From positions 1,698 through 65,697 of the forward strand of contig JAURPG010000052.1 of NCBI GenBank assembly GCA_030835405.1: a DNA stretch of 64,000 bases, read 5' to 3'. The stretch's first letter is position 1; every line of letters starts with the position of its first letter. The notes beneath the pieces were generated by a model, which did not search any database, was not told where the DNA came from, and worked only from the letters and a program-made list of their open reading frames with translations. The DNA comes from Gammaproteobacteria bacterium. GTDB taxonomy: Bacteria; Pseudomonadota; Gammaproteobacteria; Eutrophobiales; Eutrophobiaceae. Shown here one piece after another: positions 1 to 8,717 of this stretch. The translations under genes were made by a program, and so were the position numbers.

Positions 1-275
1 ACGTCTGGGTCTCCAGTCTGATGCGCTGGCAGACCGACCATCGTTCTCAATTAGAGATCTTTGAAGAGCGCCGCGGCATTATCAAATTTAATCCCATGGT
101 GGATGTCACCAGGGAAGAAAGGGACGCCTATATCGCTGAGCATAATCTGCCTTTTCATCCCATGGTGGCAGAAGGATTTTCTTCCATAGGATGTACCCAT
201 TGCACCGTCCCCGGTGAAGGCAGGAGTGGGCGTTGGGCCGGCAAGCCAAAGACGGAGTGCGGACTCCACTATTAG
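1..275 (+). CDS. cysH: APS/PAPS reductase (CysH family), C-terminal fragment; 5' end lies outside the window
   Basis: The frame of nt 3 is open from the window edge to TAG 273-275. The tail FSSIGCTHCT...KTECGLH carries the CxxC and ECGLH motifs of thioredoxin-dependent sulfonucleotide reductases. Confidence 0.85.
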   Translation, partial: VWVSSLMRWQTDHRSQLEIFEERRGIIKFNPMVDVTREERDAYIAEHNLPFHPMVAEGFSSIGCTHCTVPGEGRSGRWAGKPKTECGLHY

Positions 276-279
276 ATTA

Positions 280-945
280 CTACCAGGGGAGGACTTCCCC
301 ATTGGCATGCCAGAAGGTCCCGGTATTGGCCATAGACAGTTCATCCAGTCGGGTAACCAGTCCTTGTGCCGACTCCTCCGGTGAGACATCGCCGCCAAAG
401 TTTACCATGCGCGTTGAGACAAACCCGGGATGTAAGATGGCAACACTGATGCCCTGCGCCTTTAGATCATTTGCCAGGCTTTTCCCTGCCGCATTCAGGG
501 CGGCCTTGGACATACGGTAACCATAATACGAACCCGAGCCATTATCCTGAATGGATCCCATACGGCTGGTGATCAAACCCACCTTGCTGCCATTAGTTAG
601 GTTAGTCAGAAGTGAATGTGTCACCCGTAGTGGTGCAATGGCGTTGATATTTAATTGCTCCTGGATATTGTCATAGTTCATATCATCCAGGGTTTCATTC
701 CTGAAAATACCGGCATTGTTGATGAGGATATCAATTTGTACACCCTGCATTTCCTGTATTAACTTTTTTATTGAAGTGGGATCGTTGACATCAATACCGT
801 CAACTACGTTTGCACCGCTATCATTGAGTTCTTCACTGCTATGTCGACAGGCGGCATAAACTGTATCGCCACGGTTGAGGTATATTTTTGTGAGGGCCAG
901 GCCAATCCCGCGATTGGCCCCGGTGATGAGGACTGTTTTGTTCAT
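280..945 (-). CDS. Short-chain dehydrogenase/reductase (SDR)
   Basis: 221-aa ORF with a TGANRGIG Rossmann motif, NNAG, and a YRMSK (YxxxK) catalytic motif. Confidence 0.85.
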   Translation of the reverse strand: MNKTVLITGANRGIGLALTKIYLNRGDTVYAACRHSSEELNDSGANVVDGIDVNDPTSIKKLIQEMQGVQIDILINNAGIFRNETLDDMNYDNIQEQLNINAIAPLRVTHSLLTNLTNGSKVGLITSRMGSIQDNGSGSYYGYRMSKAALNAAGKSLANDLKAQGISVAILHPGFVSTRMVNFGGDVSPEESAQGLVTRLDELSMANTGTFWHANGEVLPW

Positions 946-1042
946 AGGTATCCTGTTAACTGTAAATTTTTACCAGACTAACATTTCATGGATAGTCTGA
1001 TAAGATATGAATTCATTTCTATTTCATCCAGGTGGCTGCGTC

Positions 1043-1675
1043 ATGAGTAAATTAGCTACATCCCTGTTGATATATTTTGTCTTTGGTTTTGCCAGCTTGC
1101 CAGTCATGGCGGAAGATCACAAGACGGTGAAATTTATGCGTGTGTCCACCCAGTTTATTGCTGCGCTGGGGGATCCAAATGCAAACAGGGGTAACAACGC
1201 CCAGTTATGGGGGTTATGGGAGATAGATCCTGGCCCAAGGGGTGTACGTCTTAATCAATTTGATCGTCTGATGACAGCTAATGGAAAGGCACCAGCAAAC
1301 TGGCAATTTAACAGCAATGACTGGTGGTTGGAAGAACACGGCCTCATCATGGAATCACCGGTGTTTTCACTCCCTGCAGGGAAATATGTGGTGACCGGCG
1401 ACAGGGAAGTGGTCACTGTGCTGACGGTCATGCCCGCGGATGAAGAAGGCAACATGCATTGGGAGCTGGATGATGGTGCGACACTTTATGACGTCACATA
1501 TCTTGCCTGCCGCTCTGCCAGGTATACGCCGGAAGCTGCCAGTACCGCGTGTACGCCCGCAATGGCAAATCAGGCTGAGTTTCCCGTCTCACCGGGTGCG
1601 ACCATGCCGTCCGTACCTGGATGCAACAAACAGGATTATGCAGTACTGTTTATTATTGGCAAGGCAAAAGAGTAA
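1043..1675 (+). CDS. Secreted protein of unknown function
   Basis: The ATG at 1043 gives a classical signal peptide, MSKLATSLLIYFVFGFASLPVMA/ED. I recognise no family motif. Confidence 0.5.
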   Translation: MSKLATSLLIYFVFGFASLPVMAEDHKTVKFMRVSTQFIAALGDPNANRGNNAQLWGLWEIDPGPRGVRLNQFDRLMTANGKAPANWQFNSNDWWLEEHGLIMESPVFSLPAGKYVVTGDREVVTVLTVMPADEEGNMHWELDDGATLYDVTYLACRSARYTPEAASTACTPAMANQAEFPVSPGATMPSVPGCNKQDYAVLFIIGKAKE

Positions 1676-1707
1676 GAATTAAGTCCTGGTTAGCGATAAT
1701 CCTCACT

Positions 1708-2838
1708 ATGAACCTCGTGGATCTACAGACCCCCTGTTTATTGCTGGACAAAACCAGGATGTTGGCGAACATCAGAAAATTGCAGGACCACTTGAAGGCC
1801 TTTGAAATTACCCTTCGTCCTCATGTAAAAACCGCCAAATGCCCTGAAATCGTTAATTGTATGTTTGATTCACCACCCGGACCTGTCACGGTATCCACTC
1901 TTCAGGAGGCCGAGCAATTTATCAAGGCCGGCTACAGGGACATACTGTATGCAGTAGGTATCGCGCCTGACAAAATGGAACGAATTGTTTCTCTTGGGCG
2001 TACAGGTGTGGATCTAAGTGTCATCCTGGACAATATTGAATCCGCACACGCCGTCGCCAGAATCAGCCAAAAATACAATCACCGGGTCCCGGTCCTGATT
2101 GAGATCGACTCTGATGGACACAGGGCAGGTATTAAGGATGATGACCCATTCTTAATTGAGCTTGGTAAGGTGTTGCATGAAGGTGGCACAGAACTTCGAG
2201 GCGTGATGACCCATGCCGGCAGTGCTTATCAACATCCTGGACAGGTAGCACTTAGAGCCATGGCTGAACAGGAGCGGCTGGCGGTCGTTTCTGCAGCAGA
2301 ACGGCTGCGCGGTAGTGGACTGCCTTGCCCAGTCGTCAGTGTGGGCTCAACTCCCACAGCCACATTTGTTGAAGACCTCTCCGGTGTCACTGAAGTTCGG
2401 GCAGGGGTATATGTTTTCAACGACCTGATAATTGCTGGTCTTGGGGTATGTGAGGTTGACGAGATCGCCATCAGTGTCCTGGCAACGGTTATCGGTCATC
2501 AACATGAAAAAGGCTGGATCCTGGTGGACGCCGGCTGGATGGCCATGTCCCGGGACCGGGGTACAGCCATTCAGCAAGTCGACCAGGGATATGGCCTGGT
2601 TTGCAATGAGACAGGGGAAGCGTATGACGACCTAATTATGATAGACGCGAATCAGGAACATGGTATTTTGGCCCTGCGTTCGGGTAGCCGGGCATCCACG
2701 CCTGAGTTACCAGTGGGTACCAGGGTTAGAATACTGCCCAACCACGCCTGTGCCACAGCCTCGCAATTTGACAGCTATTGTGTTCTGGATGAATGTAATC
2801 ATATCCAGGAACAATGGGACAGGTTTTCCGGTTGGTGA
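1708..2838 (+). CDS. PLP enzyme of the alanine-racemase-N / D-serine dehydratase-like (DSD1, D-threonine aldolase-like) family
   Basis: The ATG at 1708 (MNLVDLQTPCLLLD) is followed by LRPHVKTAKC, a PLP-lysine context, and the C-terminal ILPNHACATA typical of this family. The upstream part of ORF 1621-2838 overlaps the previous gene and looks spurious. Confidence 0.7.
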   Translation: MNLVDLQTPCLLLDKTRMLANIRKLQDHLKAFEITLRPHVKTAKCPEIVNCMFDSPPGPVTVSTLQEAEQFIKAGYRDILYAVGIAPDKMERIVSLGRTGVDLSVILDNIESAHAVARISQKYNHRVPVLIEIDSDGHRAGIKDDDPFLIELGKVLHEGGTELRGVMTHAGSAYQHPGQVALRAMAEQERLAVVSAAERLRGSGLPCPVVSVGSTPTATFVEDLSGVTEVRAGVYVFNDLIIAGLGVCEVDEIAISVLATVIGHQHEKGWILVDAGWMAMSRDRGTAIQQVDQGYGLVCNETGEAYDDLIMIDANQEHGILALRSGSRASTPELPVGTRVRILPNHACATASQFDSYCVLDECNHIQEQWDRFSGW

Positions 2839-2883
2839 GCATATTCAAACAATCAATTAATGATTAAATAATCAGGAGGGTAT

Positions 2884-3177
2884 ATGTCCAGGGCATATTG
2901 GGTAGCCATTTATAGTGAAATAAACGATCCGGAAAAGCTTGCGGCTTATGCCAAACTGGCTGGTCCGGCCATTGCATCGGCGGGAGGTCGTTTCATTGCC
3001 AGGGGCGAGGCGGTTAAGGCCTATGAAAACGGCTTAATGCAACGAACTGTGATCATTGAATTTGATAGTGTGGATGCGGCCACTGCCGCTCATGATAGTC
3101 CCGCCTACCAGGAGGCATTGGTGGCCCTTGGGGACGGGGTAGAAAGAGAAATCCGAATTGTCGAGGGGGTGGAGTAA
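2884..3177 (+). CDS. DUF1330 domain protein
   Basis: 97 aa. The pattern AYWVA...GGRFIARG...IIEFDS...A...SPAYQEA matches my recollection of DUF1330. An AGGAGGG RBS lies at 2874-2880. Confidence 0.7.
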   Translation: MSRAYWVAIYSEINDPEKLAAYAKLAGPAIASAGGRFIARGEAVKAYENGLMQRTVIIEFDSVDAATAAHDSPAYQEALVALGDGVEREIRIVEGVE

Positions 3178-3203
3178 ACCAGTTATTCCATGATTGATTC
3201 GGC

Positions 3204-3974
3204 ATGAATTGTCCTAAATGTAACCTGGCCCAGGATGATGCCAACACGATATGTAATGGTTGTGGCATAGTCTTTGAAAAATATTATAAATATAACCCAC
3301 CTTTAAAAACGCATAATGATGAAATGCATACTTCGCCAGGATCCGTCATTCAGGATTCACAACCAGTAGAACATATCAGTTTAATTGATCGCGCAAAACA
3401 GAAAATTTTATTTGTATCTGGTGATGACGATCCCATTTCTATTGCCGGCAGGGCACTGCTGCTACTTGGTATGGCGTATCTCAGTTTCAGATTGATGACG
3501 TCAACTATTGCCAGTAACTACGCCGGCGAAATCTTTCTACATATCATCAATCTGCCATTCCACGAGGCAGGCCATGTTGTCTTCAGGTTATTCGGATCGT
3601 TTATGACGTCATTAGGGGGAACGCTTGGTCAATTACTAATGCCAGCCATTCTGACTTATCATTTTTTGTTCCGGTCGAATAATCCCTTTGGTGGGGCAGC
3701 ATGTTTCTGGTGGTTCGGTGAAAACTTTGTCGATATAGCACCCTATATCAATGATGCAAGAGACGGTGATTTACCTTTGCTGGGTGGAAATTTCGGGCAT
3801 TCCTCTCCCTATGGCTTTCACGACTGGGAATACATCCTCACAGAAAGTTGTTTGTTGCAGTATGATAAGGTCATAGCCAAGGCATCATTCATGACAGGGA
3901 CAACAATAATGTTATTGGCACTGGTTTGGGCCGGGACCTTACTTTACCGTCAGTTAATGGCAACAAAAGCATAA
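3204..3974 (+). CDS. Membrane protein with an N-terminal zinc ribbon and an HExxH metallopeptidase-like motif
   Basis: CPKC...CNGC zinc ribbon at the N-terminus. Several hydrophobic segments. HEAGH motif within PFHEAGHVVF. Confidence 0.5.
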   Translation: MNCPKCNLAQDDANTICNGCGIVFEKYYKYNPPLKTHNDEMHTSPGSVIQDSQPVEHISLIDRAKQKILFVSGDDDPISIAGRALLLLGMAYLSFRLMTSTIASNYAGEIFLHIINLPFHEAGHVVFRLFGSFMTSLGGTLGQLLMPAILTYHFLFRSNNPFGGAACFWWFGENFVDIAPYINDARDGDLPLLGGNFGHSSPYGFHDWEYILTESCLLQYDKVIAKASFMTGTTIMLLALVWAGTLLYRQLMATKA

Positions 3975-4143
3975 TCAGGTATAGATAATACTTCACTAAT
4001 TGCACCCGCACAGGACTAGATAAATATATAATGTTTTTATATTCAACTAGTTAGCGACCTATTTGTTTTCCACTATCGCATTTATATACTGTTGATTGAT
4101 AATCAGGAATATATTTCCATGTAATTTTAAGAGGAACGTCTTT

Positions 4144-5094
4144 ATGTTAAATCAAGTTACGCGTCGACAACTCATGAAAACCCTGTCGGCATTTGGATTG
4201 TCCAGTCTAATGCCCAATAGTGTTTTTGCCCAAGGCACAGATAATCTTATACAACGTGCTATTCCTGGTACCCGTGAGGTGTTACCGGTTATTGGCTTTG
4301 GTTCTTCAGCGCCGGTGAGAGAGATTTTAAATGATGGTCCTTCTGTTGTTGAATCACTCATTGAAACCATGGTCAGCATGGGCGCAAGTATAGTGGATAC
4401 CGCACCAAGGGAATACGAGGTTGATAAGGCATTTGGAAAGATTCTGTCTGATCCCAGGTTCAAGTATAGACTGTTTGTCAGTACCAAGGTCGGTCTGAAT
4501 CGGTTTATGGCAACGAGAGAAGTAGACAAGGCGGGAGGGATCAAACAATTTGAACAGACCAACAGTTTGTTTAATCGACACCCGGCAGACCTGGTCTATG
4601 TTGAAAGCATGACAGACATGGACATCCATTGGCCGACTCTTAGAGAATTGAAAGAAAAAGGTGAGGCACGTTATATCGGCATTACCTCTTCCTTCACTGA
4701 AGATCATGAACGCATGGCCGAGTTTATGAAACAGGAAAAACCGGATTTTATCCAAGTGAATTTTTCATTACTGGAGCCCCAGGCAGAAGAGGTAGTATTA
4801 CCCCTGGCACGGGACCTGGGAATTGGCGTGATGATCAACAGTCCCTTTAATGGAGGAGAACTCTTCAGGAAAGTCAGTGGGCATGACCTGCCAGACTGGG
4901 CCGCAGAAATAGATTGCCAGACCTGGGCGCAGTTTAACCTCAAATATATTCTTGGCATGACAAACATCAATACGGTATTGACCGAAACCAACAAAACTCA
5001 TCATCTGGTTGATAATATCGGCGGTGGTATGGGTCGCATTCCTGATGCACAGACACGAATCAGGATGAAGGCACATTTCGATTCCCTGGGATAA
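4144..5094 (+). CDS. Tat-signal aldo/keto reductase family protein (predicted periplasmic), paralog 1
   Basis: The ATG at 4144 follows an AAGAGGA RBS. The N-terminus MLNQVTRRQLMKTLSAFGLSSLMPNSVFAQG has a twin-arginine motif. AKR core motifs DTAPREY, STK and IGITSS are present. Confidence 0.75.
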   Translation: MLNQVTRRQLMKTLSAFGLSSLMPNSVFAQGTDNLIQRAIPGTREVLPVIGFGSSAPVREILNDGPSVVESLIETMVSMGASIVDTAPREYEVDKAFGKILSDPRFKYRLFVSTKVGLNRFMATREVDKAGGIKQFEQTNSLFNRHPADLVYVESMTDMDIHWPTLRELKEKGEARYIGITSSFTEDHERMAEFMKQEKPDFIQVNFSLLEPQAEEVVLPLARDLGIGVMINSPFNGGELFRKVSGHDLPDWAAEIDCQTWAQFNLKYILGMTNINTVLTETNKTHHLVDNIGGGMGRIPDAQTRIRMKAHFDSLG

Positions 5095-5227
5095 CTGAAA
5101 ACGCAGTTAGTAAAATCAGAAACTGTTGCTTGTCAATTTAAGGAATCTCGATATGGGTTGGTTAAAATCTGATCCTTATGTAGTAAATAAATTACATTGT
5201 ACAACTATATATTTATCAGGAGGACGT

Positions 5228-6088
5228 ATGAAATTTTTTACTGCTACTCAGGTTATTGTATTTTGTCTTTTTTCTCTTAACGTTTTTGCCCAATCTCCAC
5301 AGTCAGTTGGCCAGGACCATCCGGACCGCACTCAACCGGTGGAACCCTTCAAAATAATCGATAATATTTATTTTATTGGCACCACAATCCAGGCAGCATC
5401 CTATCTCATTACCGGTTCACAGGGGCACATCCTGTTCGATACCACTTTTGAGGACCGTGTTCCCATGATGCTGGAGAATATTGAAAAACTGGGGTTCAAT
5501 CCCAGGGATGTCAAGATGCTTATCGGCACCCATGCCCACAGTGACCACGTCGGGGGACATTCCCTTATGCAGGAGATGACCGGTGCTGACATTCTGTCAT
5601 CTGAAGAGGACAAAGGGGTGGTGGAGAACGGTGGTGATGGCAGTTGGGCACCCGCCGAGGTCAACCGGGTAATAGATGGCGGCGATGTGGTCAGCCTGGG
5701 AGAGATTGAAATCAAGGTCCATGATACCCCCGGCCATACTCCTGGAACCCTGACCTTTACCATGGTGGCAGAGGAAGAAGGGCAAAAGTACAACGTAATA
5801 TTACTAGGTGGTTTAAGAATTGCGACAAGGCCACTGCTGGGTAACAAGGACTATCCGAATATTGCCGATGACATGGCGGAGACATTTTATTACCTTCAGA
5901 ACCTGCCCGTGGATGTTTATCTCGGTGCACATGGTTACTGGTATGACCTTCGTAACAAGATACCGCGCATCCCTCAGGAAGGTTACCGGGCGTTTATCAA
6001 TCCTGAAGAATATCGTAGGGCGGTTGACGGTTGGCAGCAGGTGTTTGTGAATATGCTGGCGGAAGAAGGCAAGGCCCTGGTAAAGTAA
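5228..6088 (+). CDS. Subclass B3-like metallo-beta-lactamase homolog, secreted
   Basis: The ATG at 5228 follows an AGGAGGA RBS and gives the signal peptide MKFFTATQVIVFCLFSLNVFAQ. Motifs PFKIIDNIYFIG, HAHSDH (HxHxDH), GHTPG and GAHG are present. Confidence 0.75.
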   Translation: MKFFTATQVIVFCLFSLNVFAQSPQSVGQDHPDRTQPVEPFKIIDNIYFIGTTIQAASYLITGSQGHILFDTTFEDRVPMMLENIEKLGFNPRDVKMLIGTHAHSDHVGGHSLMQEMTGADILSSEEDKGVVENGGDGSWAPAEVNRVIDGGDVVSLGEIEIKVHDTPGHTPGTLTFTMVAEEEGQKYNVILLGGLRIATRPLLGNKDYPNIADDMAETFYYLQNLPVDVYLGAHGYWYDLRNKIPRIPQEGYRAFINPEEYRRAVDGWQQVFVNMLAEEGKALVK

Positions 6089-6104
6089 ATAGACTGATAT
6101 ACAG

Positions 6105-6500
6105 TCATTTCTGGCCTATCCCGACCAGCACAATGTCCCTGATATCAAATAACAGGGATATCATGATGGTTGTCATTAATAACATTGCCCAGACACCGTA
6201 GGGACTCTGGAATTTAAATCCGTCCGATTTAACTTCTTTCAACAGCATATAAGCCAGCAGCGGTGTCCATAACAACAGGTGCACAATCCCCAGCAGGTGT
6301 ACGGTATTAGAGAGATGAAATACCAGCATGCCTACGGGCATACTGATGATAAAAGACAGCAGCGTCCATCTTGCGCCTTTATGTCTCCACACAAAGAAGA
6401 TCGATGCTACAAAGATAAACATCATCCAGTTCATCCACATCTGTACCCAGCCGGGCAGGACGGCCAACTGGGCGTTCATATTATTCATTAACTCTTCCAT
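6105..6500 (-). CDS. Small polytopic membrane protein, unknown function
   Basis: 131 aa with about 4 hydrophobic helices. It lies 43 nt downstream of TBDR paralog 1 on the same strand. Confidence 0.5.
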   Translation of the reverse strand: MEELMNNMNAQLAVLPGWVQMWMNWMMFIFVASIFFVWRHKGARWTLLSFIISMPVGMLVFHLSNTVHLLGIVHLLLWTPLLAYMLLKEVKSDGFKFQSPYGVWAMLLMTTIMISLLFDIRDIVLVGIGQK

Positions 6501-6543
6501 AGCGATATATTATCTCTAGCGGGTGAAAGAGTTACATCGAGTA

Positions 6544-8646
6544 TTAAAAACTGCCGGAGAATGTCAGGGTAAATATTCTGTCTGGTTTGCGCAGACGAAA
6601 CTCCCTGCGCTGGATTGGTGAGATTTCACGTCTTCCCGTATAAGAGAGGCGGTCCCTGACTTCCAGGTAGTTGGTCAGATTGCGCCCCTGCAGTCTGATC
6701 TTGATCCCAAACCAGCGGGTGGTCTCTACGAAGGCATTCAACTCAACACCCTCTTCAAAGTTTTCCAGTTCATTCACCTTATACACTGCCCGGTCTGCCT
6801 GGAATGCAGTATCGAATCCCCATGCCCACCTGGCCTCCTCCAGGTCCTGGCGAAAGGCGATATCCACTACATAATCATTATCGCTGTAAAAGCGTATGGT
6901 AGGCGGTCCCGGGAAGGCCGAGAAGGCAGAGATTTGTCGGGCATCTCCCATCACTGGGTCAGTTACCGTTGAGTCCTGTAGCCGTGTCTGGATGTCCAGT
7001 CTCGCCCCGCTGAGGTTGATTTTGTTTAATGGGATGGTCGTGGCAAAAATTATTCCCCAGGTACGGCCATTGCCAATATTGCCAGGTGCTTCAAACTCAT
7101 CAGAAATTGGCAGAAGGTCAAGCACATCTTCCAGCCAGTGATGAAATGCAGTCACTGTGATCACACCTAGCTCGCCAAAACGGTGTTCATAACTCAGTTC
7201 GGCTATCCAGGTGGTTTGCGGTTTCAGATCAGGGTTACCCAATGCCAGGTCATCATCCACAAACACCGTGGCACTGACAAAATCACTGAAATCCAGTTGC
7301 GAGACCTCCCGTTCCAACCGCAACCGGGTTTGCTGCGCCTGGTTGGGTGACCACGTCAATAGGCTGGTGGGCTTGATAAAGAAGAAACTGCGTTCCTGGT
7401 CCGTATCGCCTGTCTGGGAAATAGTGGAGATCTCTGCACCTATCCCATAGTCCCACACCAGCTTTCCCAGGTTCCAGGTATCCTTGATGATAAAATCACC
7501 GCGGACCTCTTCCACCGTGGAATTACCATTGGGCACAAACACTTCAGCAGCGCCTGAGCCATCATCCTCGGTGAGGACCAGCCCGTTTTTCAGGCGGTTA
7601 TAGGCACCCTCAAGATCAATGGATACATCATGGTTACTCCAGCCCGACCAGTCAAACTCCAGTCGCGAGATAACCTCGGTGGTGTTTGTGGAAAGATCCA
7701 CCTGCTTGAAGTTGGTCCTTAGCCCATTGTTGCCAAGTGTTTCCTGGGTTTCGGTTTCATCCAGTTCACTATGGTTAAATACAAATATAGCCTTCCCCTG
7801 TAGTGAGTCATTCAATGCTCGTTCTGCATCCAGACCGATTTCAAATTCCGGGGATTTGTCACTGTTCTCAAAGATGATCTCAAAGGGTCTGTTATTGCCG
7901 GTGAATGGAAACCGGCGCGATACCTCCCTGCCATCCCCTTGCCGAAATCCAAAATTGGTATTGAGGTTGTACTGAGTCTCATTAATGAGGGTAGAGGCGT
8001 TGAGGAATATTCCGTTGATGCCAATCCCGGTCTGCTGACGGTCATCGCTGCGCAACTGGATTAAATTGTCATTGGCATCATAACGCTCCACGGTGCCATT
8101 GATGCCGTTAGTATCCCGTTCAATATCAATTCCAAAATTATAATTAATATTACCCCATTGTCTGGCCATGGAAATGTTGCCACCTACTCCCAGGGGGGAT
8201 GGGCTGGTATAGGTGGCAAAGGTCTCCCAGCGGGTGGATGACTGGTTTTCTGATCTAAGTATTACATTGGCAACCACGGAATGGCCTTGCATGTTAATGT
8301 CTTCAACCTGTCCGCGGATTAGTTCAATGCGGGCAACATTTCCGGCCGGAATGCGGGCCAGTATTTCCGAGGCGATATCCTGTTTGGCGCTGGGAGTATT
8401 ACCATTGATGAGGATATTACCTGCAGCACTGCCAAATCCTCGAAGGTCCTCGCCATCATCCAGTTGAAAACCCGGAACCTGGCGTACCATGTCCAGGGCA
8501 GTCAGGGGTTGATACTGGTTAAAGAAACGGGGTTCATAGGTGACGATCTCCGTGTCTTTATTTTCAAAACTCCCTGCTTCGGTTTGCCCATGTGCAAGAC
8601 CCGAGAGAACAATGTACATGACAAATATGTGTGACAGGTGATTCAT
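6544..8646 (-). CDS. TonB-dependent receptor-like outer-membrane protein (paralog 1 of 4)
   Basis: The start at 8646 gives the signal peptide MNHLSHIFVMYIVLSGLAHG/QTE. A TonB-box-like TEIVTY is present. The plug motif is FF.QYQP.TA.DMV.QVPGF...LRGFG.AAGN.LING..PS.K. The C-terminal residue is Phe (FSGSF). Confidence 0.8.
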   Translation of the reverse strand: MNHLSHIFVMYIVLSGLAHGQTEAGSFENKDTEIVTYEPRFFNQYQPLTALDMVRQVPGFQLDDGEDLRGFGSAAGNILINGNTPSAKQDIASEILARIPAGNVARIELIRGQVEDINMQGHSVVANVILRSENQSSTRWETFATYTSPSPLGVGGNISMARQWGNINYNFGIDIERDTNGINGTVERYDANDNLIQLRSDDRQQTGIGINGIFLNASTLINETQYNLNTNFGFRQGDGREVSRRFPFTGNNRPFEIIFENSDKSPEFEIGLDAERALNDSLQGKAIFVFNHSELDETETQETLGNNGLRTNFKQVDLSTNTTEVISRLEFDWSGWSNHDVSIDLEGAYNRLKNGLVLTEDDGSGAAEVFVPNGNSTVEEVRGDFIIKDTWNLGKLVWDYGIGAEISTISQTGDTDQERSFFFIKPTSLLTWSPNQAQQTRLRLEREVSQLDFSDFVSATVFVDDDLALGNPDLKPQTTWIAELSYEHRFGELGVITVTAFHHWLEDVLDLLPISDEFEAPGNIGNGRTWGIIFATTIPLNKINLSGARLDIQTRLQDSTVTDPVMGDARQISAFSAFPGPPTIRFYSDNDYVVDIAFRQDLEEARWAWGFDTAFQADRAVYKVNELENFEEGVELNAFVETTRWFGIKIRLQGRNLTNYLEVRDRLSYTGRREISPIQRREFRLRKPDRIFTLTFSGSF

Positions 8647-8717
8647 GGTGCTGATAAGGGTAACATCTGGGTATGCTTCTATAAAGAAATCAAGTTCTGA
8701 AAATGCACGAGGACACA

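Noticed and set aside
5228-6088. Calling the B3 MBL homologs functional carbapenemase resistance genes.
   Set aside because: The zinc-ligand motifs support family membership only. Substrate specificity cannot be read from the sequence by eye.
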